Shown in pieces: positions 1 to 11,249 of a DNA stretch of 64,000 bases (the stretch's first letter is position 1; the number at the start of each line of letters is the position of its first letter). The DNA comes from Octopus bimaculoides. Lineage: Eukaryota. Location of the stretch: the NCBI RefSeq assembly GCF_001194135.2, contig NC_068985.1, forward strand, positions 48,401,948 through 48,465,947, given 5' to 3'. The notes under the pieces were generated by a model. That model was not told the origin of the DNA. It ran no database searches and saw only the letters and a list, made by a program, of their open reading frames with translations. Both the position numbers and the translations under genes were made by a program.

Positions 1-81
1 TATACTTAAAGAAAATATAAGTTACAGAAGTAAATAAAATAAATGTGGTTCACTGCATGTTATTTCTATATAAAAATAAAA

Positions 82-86
82 TTATT

Positions 87-153
<67 letters not shown>

Positions 154-312
154 GAGAGGGGTGAAATAATTGTTTCTTTAGAGGATTTGAAAATATTTAA
201 TGAACCTATTCATGTGAGGTTAATTAAATATTTACTTAAAATTTGAAATAATTTTAAAATATTCCATTTCAATTTTCACCATTACTATTTATTTATTGTA
301 TTTATCATCATC

Positions 313-356
<44 letters not shown>

Positions 357-415
357 CATCATCATCATTATTATTATTATTATTATCATTATTATCATCA
401 TCATCATCATTATCA
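82..415. repeat. (AAT)n tract 82-150 and compound (ATT/ATC)n tract ~304-415
   Basis: Directly visible triplet runs; they explain the poly-I ORF at 43..246. Confidence 0.95.
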
Positions 416-1026
416 TCTTGTATCTTTCCTTAATTGCTTTTATTTTATTTTATTAATATGAATCATTATTTATATTTGTGTTCCTGAAATCTTAGAAAGG
501 AGATTTAATCATAATCTTTTCTCTTTTAACTGCAGGAGAATTTCCAAGCTTATTTTTAAAAATAATATATAATACAGAACTAAATATAAAAATAATGCAA
601 TGTATTCCATCGTTGTTTACGTAGTGGCTTAAGAGAACTTACATGCAAATGGTAATTTGATACCTCCTTGTAGAGACCTGACTGCGAATCCCATTTCACA
701 TCAATTTATCGTACATTTAAAAAAGAATAATAAAACATACAATTAAATAAACAGAATATCCCAATTGCTTTACCATATACATTTAATGAATTTCGGAAGT
801 AAAAAATAAAAATGCGTTAAATTTCTGATATATAACCCAAGATTTATTTTTAATCGTTTATGCTTACGATTGTTTGTAGAAACGCCGTACATTTTTACTA
901 TAAATATTATTGTCGACTACCATTTCTGTTTCACTGTGCGAAATATTCTACATACAAACGGAAAGATAGCCTTGTTATTCAATGTCACTCAATTACGAGA
1001 AAAATAAAGATTTCGTGGAATTTAAG

Positions 1027-1224
1027 AAGGCGGCCAGCTGCCAGAAACGTAAGCACGCCGGGAGAAATGCTTAGCAGTATTTCGTCTGTCTTTTAGTTCC
1101 GAGTTTGAATTCCGCCAGAGTCGATAAATTACATACCAGTTGCGTACCCAGTACGCAACTGGTATTTAATTTATCGACTGGGCCCCTCCCCAAAAATTTC
1201 GGGCCTTGTGCTTAGAGTAGAAAA
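1027..1224 (+). mobile_element. tRNA-derived SINE, family A, with internal deletion and internal hairpin rearrangement
   Basis: Head GGCGGCCAGCTGCCAGAA, B-box-like GAGTTTGAATTCC, family tail GGCCTTGTGCTTAGAGTAGAAA; 10-bp TSD GGAATTTAAG at 1017-1026 and 1225-1234. Confidence 0.9.
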
Positions 1225-1874
1225 GGAATTTAAGTCGGATATCTCTTATTTAATCTAACCCTTAGAGCGAGCTATGACTGCTTTTTAGAACACAGTAAGA
1301 TAAGAGATAATTTATCTTTTAGCCGAAGGAAGTACTGAAATATTTATGGGGGTAAATCTCGGAGTTGAGAATTCTAGGAACAAAAGTATCTGTAATTTGT
1401 TGTTTCCTGTAGCAATTTCCATTTGTGTGAAATTAATGTTGTTCAATACGCTTTTCCTGCTAACATTACAAATGCGCAAATAATTATTTCCGCTCTGCTC
1501 TTTGCTTTTTGTTCCATTTTGATTTTTGGTCAGCTATGTTGTCGACGCCAGTGTTTTGTCCTTGTTATTGTCTTTGTGTTATAGCTCCAGTTTAGTTCTA
1601 TAGTTCGGGTGTTCTTATCGTTCTTGTTGTAAATGTTCTAATTCAGGAGAATCACCAAAAGAAAGTTCGCCATCTGAAAGATTTCCTGAAAATTTTGAAC
1701 GTGATTTGCATAGATTAAAAAACAAAACGGCTTTTTGAATTTAAGTTCTGCTAAAATCGACTCTGTCTCCCATCATTTGAGGACTGCTAAAAAAAGTAGC
1801 GGTCGAAAATTGTGCTAAAATTTTAAACCGTTAATTTTCGAATTACGTGTGTAACTTCAAAAGAAGTCTAATTC

Positions 1875-1908
<34 letters not shown>

Positions 1909-2057
1909 TTCTAATATAAGGATTAATTTTTTCAAATGAAAATATTTTTCATTGGCCAGCACATTAAAATATTTTTTAAGGTGAAAGATACAAACAATTA
2001 TAAATAAGGGCAAAAGAAAAAAGATCTATGCCAATATGCTTAAAATCGTCTAACCAC

Positions 2058-2506
2058 NNNNNNNNNNNNNNNNNNNNNNNNNNNNNNNNNNNNNNNNNNN
2101 NNNNNNNNNNNNNNNNNNNNNNNNNNNNNNNNNNNNNNNNNNNNNNNNNNNNNNNNNNNNNNNNNNNNNNNNNNNNNNNNNNNNNNNNNNNNNNNNNNNN
2201 NNNNNNNNNNNNNNNNNNNNNNNNNNNNNNNNNNNNNNNNNNNNNNNNNNNNNNNNNNNNNNNNNNNNNNNNNNNNNNNNNNNNNNNNNNNNNNNNNNNN
2301 NNNNNNNNNNNNNNNNNNNNNNNNNNNNNNNNNNNNNNNNNNNNNNNNNNNNNNNNNNNNNNNNNNNNNNNNNNNNNNNNNNNNNNNNNNNNNNNNNNNN
2401 NNNNNNNNNNNNNNNNNNNNNNNNNNNNNNNNNNNNNNNNNNNNNNNNNNNNNNNNNNNNNNNNNNNNNNNNNNNNNNNNNNNNNNNNNNNNNNNNNNNN
2501 NNNNNN
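2058..2506. other. Assembly gap (N-run). Other gaps: 9683-9692, 15515-15524, 23918-23991, 25639-25753, 30461-30715, 32811-33303, 36611-37429, 49564-50071, 54848-55377, 56584-57016, 57500-57509, 58393-59057
   Basis: N characters, almost always flanked by (TA)n/(TG)n or triplet microsatellites. Confidence 1.
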
Positions 2507-2556
<50 letters not shown>

Positions 2557-2569
2557 TATGTATGTATGT

Positions 2570-3480
2570 AAAGCATGTTTTTCCTGATATCATACCTATA
2601 AATTTTCTTTTCATTTCCTTATTACTTCGAGTGCTGTTATGATAATAGGTATCATAGTGTTTTTCATCTTCCACGTTTCGAGAATTTCCACACAGATGTC
2701 TTTGTAGTTCTGCATTTCAATGTGTTTCTTTGACGACAACATTTTTGTCCATGGAGACAAACATATCAATTCGGAGACGAGATTTCTCAATGATATTTTT
2801 ATTTTTATATCTGCATGATTTGCCTTGATAGTTCTATCGGAATGAACTGTAAAATCGGAGAGAACGGTGATATGACAAATCTTAGCGGCTGGGTGGGAAG
2901 ATATCCTTAGTTGTCTATTTCCCAGAATGCTTGTACACTTTCGAATGAATGTCTAATTTTGCCGTTTCTGTCTTATACACGTTAGAAGCCATGAAAGAAC
3001 ATCCAAAGACCAACTGGTCGATTGTGTTCATCTTGGTACTATATATCCTGCATTTTGAACCTGTTCCATTTGAAAACATTTTCGGCTAGTAATTATAGGT
3101 TGACAAAGTTGGTCTACAGCTGCGACGATAAACCCTTCAGTTTCTGCCGTTGCCATTAATTGGTGAGACATTTCTTCACATTAGCTTCATCTGTGCATGC
3201 TAATTATTGGATGTATAAGGGCTTCTTTTGCTAACATTGTTTAGCTTGTTTCAGTCCCTTCTCTTTTGCTTTCCTTTTGATTAGCGGTGAAGTTTATTTT
3301 ATTTTTGTTGCTTTTATGGTTTTAAACTAGGCGATGAACCATTTAGCTGTAGCATCAAGGTATTCTTCAAGACTGATGGCTGTTGTCTTAAAAAGCTATT
3401 CCAATTGAAATGAGACCTCTGCTACCGTCATTCCTATTGACGAATTAACGTCCAATGCCTGCATTAAGTTGGCATCTACC
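2570..3480 (-). mobile_element. Degenerate R4/Dong-like (RLE-type) non-LTR retrotransposon, post-RT to endonuclease region
   Basis: Minus-strand translation across stops/frameshifts gives a ...GSKCRIY...TIDQLVFGCS... CCHC-like zinc knuckle preceded by an ETEGF/QxL-type segment, resembling the C-terminus of R4/Dong ORFs. Confidence 0.65.
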
Positions 3481-3484
3481 ACAA

Positions 3485-3690
3485 CCGCCAGCGCGGCGGG
3501 CAAAATATTTAGCGGTTTTTCGTCCGTCTTTACGTTCTGAATTCAAATTCCGCTGAGGTCGAATTTGCCTTTCATCCTTTCGGGGGTCGATAAAATAAGG
3601 TCCAGTTGAACTCTGGGGCTGATGTAAGCAACTTACCTCACCCCACTAAATTACTAACCTTGTGGCTAAATTTGAAATCATGATCATTGT
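3485..3690 (+). mobile_element. SINE family A, 5'-truncated
   Basis: TTTCGTCCGTCTTTACGTTCTGAATTCAAATTCCGCTGAGGTCGAATTTGCCTTTCATCCTTTCGGGGGTCGATAAAATAAG matches the other copies. Confidence 0.9.
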
Positions 3691-3791
3691 TATTAAGTTA
3701 GCAAACTAGAAAATCGCTGCCGAGGTGTAATCCCCTCCCAACAAAACCTCCTGGCCAAAATTTGAAACCATTATTATTATTATTATCACTA

Positions 3792-3988
3792 GGCGGCGAG
3801 TTGGCAGAATCATTAGCACACTGGACAAAATGTTTAGCGATATTTCGTCTGTCTTTGCTTTCTGAGGTCGACATTTCCTTTCATCCTTTCGGGATCAGTA
3901 AAATAAGAAACAGTTGAGCACTAGGATCGATGTAATCGACTGATCCCCGCCCATGAAATTGCTAGCTATGTGCCAAAATTTGAAATCA
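3792..3988 (+). mobile_element. SINE family A
   Basis: GGCGGCGAGTTGGCAGAATCATTAGCAC head, CCTTTCATCCTTTCGGGA core, GTGCCAAAATTTGAAA tail; preceded by (ATT)n. Confidence 0.9.
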
Positions 3989-5184
3989 TTATCAACATCA
4001 TTATCATTCATGTTAGAAACTGTTCCTTTACTGATATCGTTCTTATGTTAATGTTTTATTTCATTATGTTTATCATATAGATGCCTATCTTCATATATGT
4101 GCGTAATGTATGTGAATGCTTTCATAATTTACTATGATATAGTGAGAATGAAGTATAAAACATGTTCCATGAAAAAGAAAAAAAAATTAAAATACTTGAA
4201 TGAAAACATAATAAAGAAACATTTTTTTAATAAGATCTAGGATCATGAATTAAAGTAAAATGAAATAGGATCCAACCGAGATAAGTGATTTCAAGAAACC
4301 GATTTTTTTAAAAAGGATAAATAAATAAATCCACGAACACTAAAAACAAATCTAACACGCATAAAAATATCCAGAATTAACTTATCAGTATATTATACAT
4401 AAGTAAGAGACACCAAGATATTAAATGTTTTTGAATTTGGAGGAAAACCCAGGAAAATGTTTTCATGCTGCTCAAGTTTATTTTAATTTCGTTTGAAGAT
4501 CGAAATGAAATATAAACAAACATAATTCAATCGATACTATTTTCTTTTAAAGAAAACATGTTTATGTATAATCCAAAAGTGTAATAGAAGTTTTGTTATC
4601 TTTAGCTGTATTAATGGAGTCGTTCATTTTTTGTCATCAACCTTACATTTTTCCTGTAGCACTAAGAAAAAATATAAGAACGGTATCACAAACTTGTTTT
4701 TACAACATAGCTTGACGATTTGTAGTCGTCATTTCTAACCACTACTTTTTCACTGTGTAGTGAAGAAATCCTATAAGTGGTTATTCAGTCTGTTAGAAAT
4801 AGCAGTTAAACTTCCCTCATTGAAAAAAATTAGAACTTTGGATACTACAATATCATCCCTCGACCTGATCGAAAAAGCATCCAAATTACCCTCATACTGC
4901 ATTCTGTATCAATACAGGATGGCGGCACTGAATAATGTAATCTTGGATGTAATGAATTAGACCAGAATGGCATGGGTGGTCATGGTTGGAACCATGTAAT
5001 AATAGGTCTGCTCTATCAGAGCTGATCTGATCTGCAAGATATATTTTCAAAGAAAATCGTGTTTATTCCATATTTGTTGGTGGGATGGGAAATATGGTTA
5101 AAGCTAAAATGCATTTTAGCGTATGTCTCTATGACTAAAAATACCATACTGTTAAATAATGGCAGCAGTAACTATAACAGCTAC

Positions 5185-5715
5185 CATAGGAAGTGCGTTC
5201 GAAAAATACCCTACTTTATTTTTGCCGCCAAAATTATTACCGCGTCGGTTAAATCCTTTGTATGGAAGTTAACTTCACTATTCCTGCACATGCTTGAAAT
5301 TTCGCGCAGGTAGGTTGCGCCAGTTCCTGACTGTTACACCTAGAGTACAGACGTATATTGCGTTCTCATCGCAATTTAGTTTTCACAGAACGCATCGCGT
5401 AAAGATATTGCATCAAATTTTGCCACAAACTTGGTGATACTCAAGATCAAATCTTCCAGAAGATTCAGCAGGCCCTTGGCGATGATTTCCTGGGCAAAAC
5501 AAAGATCAAGGAGTGGTACAGCCGCTTCAAAAATGATCGCACCTCAATGGGTATTGGCGAAATTCGCCCCAAAGGTGCTTGTGGAGCAGCAGAAGCATCT
5601 CCGCATGGAAATCACCCAGAACATGCAGGAATGTGCAAATTACCACCCAAAATCCATGAAGACGATCATCACTGGTGATGAGAGATATGTTTTTAAAGTT
5701 ACGACCCGGAAAGTT
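5185..5715 (+). mobile_element. Mariner transposase relic, internally deleted
   Basis: Translates to YCIKFCHKLGDTQDQIFQKIQQALGDDFLGKTKIKEWYSRFKNDRTS (mariner N-terminal HTH), joined to PKVLVEQQKHLRMEITQNMQECANYHPKSMKTIITGDE..YDPE (WVPxxL and TGDE...YDPE motifs). Confidence 0.85.
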
Positions 5716-7210
5716 CCAGTCACCACAATAGAAATAGATTTCTGAATTAATATAGTTCTTGTAGTTAGACGGATCTCAAAAAGGAAAGTGCCAAGTGTGT
5801 TGATGACGGTGCTAGGTAACTTTAGTATAAACCCTTCAGAGTTTTCTTATTTCCCTAGCCAAATCCTACTATTTTCATATGTCCTTTGTCCGCTACGTTC
5901 ATGTCCGCAGATATAGCCACATCGATGATGATGCACCCTTTTTCCCCCTTGTTCAGAACGATAATATCTCGTAGCCTTCTAAGGCAGCGAGCTGGCAGAA
6001 TCGTTCGCATGGTAGTTCGTCTCTCGTTACGTTTTGAGTTCAAATCCCGCTGAGTCGACTTTGCCTTTCATCTTTTCAGGGCCGATAAATAAAGTACCAG
6101 TTACGTTCTGGAGTCTATCTAATCGACTGGCCCCCTCCCCCAAAAATTCGGGCCTTATGGCTAGAGTAGAAAAGAATATCTGGTAGTCTTCGATAAAGTT
6201 CGTGATTGGTTTGTAAATGAAAATCCCATAAGATTTTATACTGGCCGTTCTCTATTACACTTTCTGGTTGATGTTCATACCATTTTCTTCCTACTTTAAA
6301 TCTCTTTGCCGTAATATGCCACAGCGCAGTGCCTTGGCCACAAAGTCCTGTCTGTGTTTATATTCCTTTTGTGCCAAAGGACTACAAGAACTATTATGTA
6401 AGTAACGGATTCCACTTTATCATTACACACACTACACTTTTCACTTGTCGTGGATTTGTCTATTTTTGCCTTAATGATATGTGTCCGCAATGACTGGATG
6501 TAAGCAGCGATTATCATTCTGATTCTTTGTTAAGGTCGACATTCTTCAGTCAAATCCAAGACTCATCTGCTGTGACGTTCTGCGTTTGTCTGAGATACAA
6601 ACTGTGCAGTTCTTTTCCCCCAGATGCTTCTTTCTCGCTCCTGTTTTCTTCTTTTCTTGTATTCCATTGCAGTCTACACACCTTCGTTCTCATCTTCCAA
6701 GGCATCTGAAATAGAAATTTGTTAGTGGCTTCTCACATACTCTTTTACATCAGGTTTTGTCATCTTTACAGGTATTTTGTTTTACTTGATATCAGTCTCC
6801 TCCCCTCTTTCCTTGGTAGGTATCACCTATCGGCACTGTCTCTAGAATGTAGCGATCATCTGTACATGGATATTGTCTTTCTGGCTTTACAATCTATGTC
6901 TCTTAGTTCTTCTTAAGTCCATTTCAGGAAAGCAGCATACTATCGTATTAGAGAAACAGCATGTGTTTACAGGCGAGATGCTTTTCCTTCCATTTACTTT
7001 GAGCTTAGCACCCTTTTTTACTCTCCAAAGATATTTATTTTTAATTCTCTTTAATTTCCTGACAGAGGTTTCTATCTGCCACTGATACACATAGATACTT
7101 GTAACGGTCACTCTCATTTATTATTCTGGTTGATATCTCATCTAACTTGAATATTTTCGCTCCTTCTTACTAGCACCGCACATTTATCTATTTCAAGCTC
7201 CATGTCAATG
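5715..7210 (-). mobile_element. Degenerate R4/Dong-like LINE, end of RT through RLE domain, interrupted by a SINE at 5980-6174
   Basis: Minus strand across frameshifts: DMELEIDKCAVL (DIGMEFGLDKCA-like), AAYIQSLRTHIIKAKIDKSTTSEKCSVCNDKVESVTYI (CCHC), RLPDI/IVLNKGEKGCIIIDVAISAD (PD..D RLE motif), IQKSIS. Confidence 0.85.
5980..6174 (+). mobile_element. SINE family A inserted in the LINE relic
   Basis: Head, core and tail present; 17-bp TSD AATATCTCGTAGCCTTC (5963-5979) / AATATCTGGTAGTCTTC (6175-6191). Confidence 0.92.
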
Positions 7211-7222
7211 TATTATTATTAT

Positions 7223-7407
7223 CAATCCACTTCTCAGTGCTTTTGATTTCCCTTGCTCCGGTTAACTGTGAGAGTGAACAGCTGTCTGTTATCAAAGGTC
7301 TTACATGGTCTCTTTTTCACGATATTTAATACCCAAGCATCAATCTCAAAATCCTCGTGGTTCCTAATAAAGCAGTTTTGAATATATTCTATCCGCGTGT
7401 TAATGCG
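7223..7407 (-). mobile_element. 3' end of R4/Dong-like LINE, family B
   Basis: Minus strand RIEYIQN...RILRLML, then 3'UTR CTCTCACAGTTAACCGGAGCAAG shared with 9311-9570 and 19581-19990; ends in (AAT)n. Confidence 0.75.
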
Positions 7408-7419
7408 ATTATTATTATT

Positions 7420-7506
7420 GAGTGAGAGAGCAGTGCATGCCATCAAAGTGAAACTGGGGTAAAATATACGAAGCCCAATATACCCATCATGACTACACGT
7501 CTGATA
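7420..7506 (-). mobile_element. Terminal fragment of non-autonomous element E
   Basis: Closely matches 45890-45975 (GAGTGAGAGAGCAGTGCATGCCATCAAAGTG..GTAAAATATAC..CCCAATATACCCA); flanked by (ATT)n on both sides. Confidence 0.8.
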
Positions 7507-7546
7507 TTATTATTATTATTATTATTATTATTATCATTATTATCAT

Positions 7547-7603
<57 letters not shown>

Positions 7604-7625
7604 CACAACTACTACTACTACTACT

Positions 7626-7845
7626 CAGGGGATGAGATGGCGGAATCGTTAGCACACAGAGCAAAATGCTTAGCGTTATTGCGTTAGCCCTTATGATCTT
7701 AGTTCGAATACTGCCGAGGGTTCACTTTGACTTTCATCTTCTCGGGAATGAGAAAGCATATTGCCAGTCAAGTACAGGAGTAGATGTAATTGACTAACCA
7801 TTTCTCCGTAAAAGTCGTGACCTTGTACGAAATGTTGGAACACTG
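7626..7845 (+). mobile_element. SINE family A (old, diverged)
   Basis: GATGGCGGAATCGTTAGCAC head, AAAATGCTTAGCG, GACTTTCATCTTCTCGGG core; follows the (ATT)n/(ACT)n tract at 7505-7623. Confidence 0.8.
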
Positions 7846-7851
7846 AAATGA

Positions 7852-8062
7852 AGCGAGCACCCAGAATAGTTAGTACGGTGGACAAAGTGCTTACGGTATT
7901 TCGTCCGTCTTTATGTCCTGAGTTGAAATTTCGCCAAGATCGACTTTGCCTTTCGACACCTCGGGTTCGATAAGATAAATATCAGTTGAGCACTGAGATC
8001 AATGAAATCAACTAACCCACTTCCACTAAAATGTCAGGCCCTGTACCTATAATAGAAACAAT
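7852..8062 (+). mobile_element. SINE family A
   Basis: GGTATTTCGTCCGTCTTTATGTCCTGAGTTGAAATTTCGCCAAGATCGACTTTGCCTTTC; tail CAGGCCCTGTACCTATAATAGAAA. Confidence 0.85.
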
Positions 8063-8513
8063 TATTATCATCACCTTTCTATATATTGTGTAAAATATTG
8101 CGTCCTTATTACTTGGACACTTTCCATCATTATCAAATAGATTACGTTCATATTTACCACACTCTTCTTTGCAGGCATACACACATAAGCACCAACAGAC
8201 GTACACACGGTAGCACACGCGCATGCTCACCCCTCTCTCTATTCCCCCCTCTTTCTCTCTCTCTCTCTCTCTTTATCTCTCTCTGTCCCTCACCTTCTCT
8301 ATCCTTTTAAATTCCTACTAATATCTGTAATCGAAATTTTTTTTTAATATTCGCTTTTCTTCTTTACCATTATCCTTCCTTTTCTGCTAACTTTCCTTCG
8401 AGTTAATGCTTGCAATTTTTTCTTAGTCGTTTTATCTTTTGTTGATTTATTTTGTCAAAATATTTCTAACTTTATATAAATATATGTGCATGAGTGCATA
8501 ATTAATAAACTTG

Positions 8514-8553
<40 letters not shown>

Positions 8554-8671
8554 ATGTGTGCGTGCATACATACATATATATGTATATGTATGAGTGTATT
8601 ATGTATAAGTATATGTATACAGAGTATTGTGCACACATGCGACGAAATGCATATACATATTGTATTAGATC

Positions 8672-8715
<44 letters not shown>

Positions 8716-9233
8716 TGTATGTATATATCAATATTCAGATGCACAAAAATTATTCACTATCTATCCTTCAATTTTCACTCTGATATGTTACGAAACCACC
8801 TGAGAGCAGTATTATTTCCAAGAGAGATTCTCATTTTATTAATTTTATCTTTCAATATTTTTAAGTAATATTTCGTTCGAATATGCAACCCTTAAGAAAA
8901 TCCATTACGATATGGTATCTAGTGCTATTATGGTGTCATACTTTATGGTTTGTGCTTTTTGTTCTTGTGTTCCTCTGTGCATATTTCGCCTTGGGTATTA
9001 ATACGTTCATATATACATACACACACCCATACATACGTATATTCATTCATATATACATTTACTTACATACACACAAACAAAACACACGCACACCATTATA
9101 ATTTTTTTAACCAGTTAATATTCACATTGTGTCTGTGAATGTTTATTTACTCACTCATCTTGTTTTCAAGAGAAATATTTTAATACGTGTACGATTAACA
9201 ACTGCCAAAACAATTTGAATAATAATAATAATA

Positions 9234-9297
<64 letters not shown>

Positions 9298-9310
9298 TAA
9301 TAATAATAAT

Positions 9311-9570
9311 GGGCACTCGGAGCACCAATAACTACGTTCGTGAAATATGTCGGCGAAATTCGAATGCACTTGCAAAGAAAAACTGCTATACAGGGAAGAG
9401 CCAGGATTTTGAGATTGGTGCTTGAGTGTTGAGTGCCGTCCATGGTAGGTTAATATTCAGGTACCAAAGTTTATATTTTGTGAGAAAAGATCTTGTCAGA
9501 CTTATGAAAGCAGTTGCTCTCATCTATCACAGAATCAACCAGAGCAAGTAAAACCGAGACCTAGAAACAG
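9311..9570 (+). mobile_element. 3' end of R4/Dong-like LINE, family B
   Basis: GALGAP..NFVKYVGEI...RILRLVL-like coding end plus family-B 3'UTR; preceded by (TAA)n 9218-9310 and followed by (GAA)n. Confidence 0.75.
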
Positions 9571-9819
9571 AAGAAGAAGAAGAAGAAGAAGAAGAAGAAG
9601 AAGAAGAAGAAGAAGAAGAAGAAGAAGAAGAAACCGAGACCTAGAAACAGAAGAAGAAGAAGAAGAAGAAGAAGAAGAAGAANNNNNNNNNNAAGAAGAA
9701 GAAGAAGAAGAAAAAGAAGAAGAAGAAGAAGAAGAAGAAGAAGAAGAAAAAAAAGAAGAAGAAGAAGAAGAAGAAGAAGAAGAAGAAGAAGAAGAAGAAG
9801 AAGAAGAAGAAGAAGAAGA
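9571..9819. repeat. (GAA)n tract containing a repeated 20-mer and a 10-N gap
   Basis: Direct reading. Confidence 0.95.
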
Positions 9820-9820
9820 T

Positions 9821-10627
9821 TTAGTCAGTTGGCACGAGATGTGAACGCGAAGACAGATACAGAGAGCCTGTGGCTATGGATGAAGAGGAGTGATCTGAAG
9901 ATATAGGCAGAAGCACTAAGAAGCGCAGCTCAGGAATAGCGATAAGGACCACCTTTATAAAGTGCAGAAACAACAACACCACCGATAGCGACAAATGCAG
10001 AATGTGAGTTGAGAGGAGAGAACGGCATGGCATATCGTTAGCCAATGCGCAAAATGGGCACAACACGAATACAAAAGACACCATGGCAATGTGGTAAGAA
10101 TGATCCATTAGGAGATCTGTGGAAATTACGATCTACAAAGAGCAAAGACGTGATATGAGAAAACTCCAGAAAAAGTCACTGAAAATGAGGATTGCAAAAT
10201 CCTGTGGGATGCAATGATCCAGTGCGATCACCCGACCAGACATCGGAAACTGGACATTGTTGTGGCGAATAAATGAGAAAGAATATCCCCCGATAACAAC
10301 AGGATCAATGTGAAAGAAGAAGAAAAAATAAGCAATTATGACGATTTAAATTGAGAAATACGAAGGTTGTGGTTAATGAAGAGAGTAGATGTGATATCAA
10401 TAGTAATTGGAGCATTTGGAACGATCACCACTCAACTCCCAGCATGGCTGAAAATGATTGGTGCAAGCGTGAAGATAGAACACCTATAAAAATCAGCATT
10501 ACATTGATCTGCAAGACTTTTTGCAGGATTCTTGAAGCATGAACAGTAAACAAGAGCCATCTTAGTCTGTTGTCTGTGGACAGCTGACACTTTCCATCGT
10601 ACCCAGCATAATATGCTGTATGTTTTC

Positions 10628-10628
<1 letters not shown>
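9821..10628 (+). mobile_element. R4/Dong-like LINE, family C: CCHC + RLE domain + 3'UTR, 5'-truncated
   Basis: Translation across stops: LWLWMKRSDLK..EAL..AAQE....DSDKCRM...HIVSQCAKWAQHEYKRHHGNV...KILWDAMIQCDHPTRHRKLDIVV...EEKISNYDDL..EIRRLW.MKRVDVISIVIGAFGT; ends in (TAA)n 10629-10677. Confidence 0.9.
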
Positions 10629-10680
<52 letters not shown>

Positions 10681-10812
10681 GAAGAAGAAGAAGAAGAAGA
10701 AGAAGAAGAACAAGAAGAAGAAGAACAAGAAGAAGAAGAAGAAGAAGAAGAAGAAGAAGAAGAAGAAGAAGAAGAAGAAGAAGAAGAAGAAGAAGAAGAA
10801 GAAGAAGAAGAA
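10629..10812. repeat. (TAA)n then (GAA)n tract
   Basis: Direct reading; source of the poly-N/poly-R ORF 10620..10820. Confidence 0.95.
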
Positions 10813-10990
10813 GCGGCTAAGTCGATTACGTCAATCCTAGTACTCGACCGCTACTTATTTTATTTATTGACACCGTGATGATGAAAGGTAAAGTCGACCT
10901 CGGCGGAATTTGAACTCGGAACATAAAGACGGACGAATGACCGCTAAGGATTTTGCTTGGTGTGATTGTGATTCCGCCAGCTCACTGCCC
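10813..10990 (-). mobile_element. SINE family A
   Basis: Reverse-complement core GATGAAAGGTAAAGTCGACCTCGGCGGAATTTGAACTC and head GATTCCGCCAGCTCACTGCC. Confidence 0.9.
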
Positions 10991-11249
10991 TGAAACAACA
11001 AGAAAAAAATGAGAAGGAAAAAGACAAAACAAACACATTTTCGCTGCAACACAACTGTCACCCTTATTCCCACCAACACTATAAACAAAGTATGAATATA
11101 TAACTAACACATCCAGTGTTGTCGGGTTCACCAGCGTTGCGAGTCTATTAAAACTAATTCACTTTTGCCTCAACGTTTAGTAAATGTAAAATTCATCTTT
11201 ACGAGCTCTGAACGAAACATAGCTTCCTATATATCAGAATCCATCCGGC

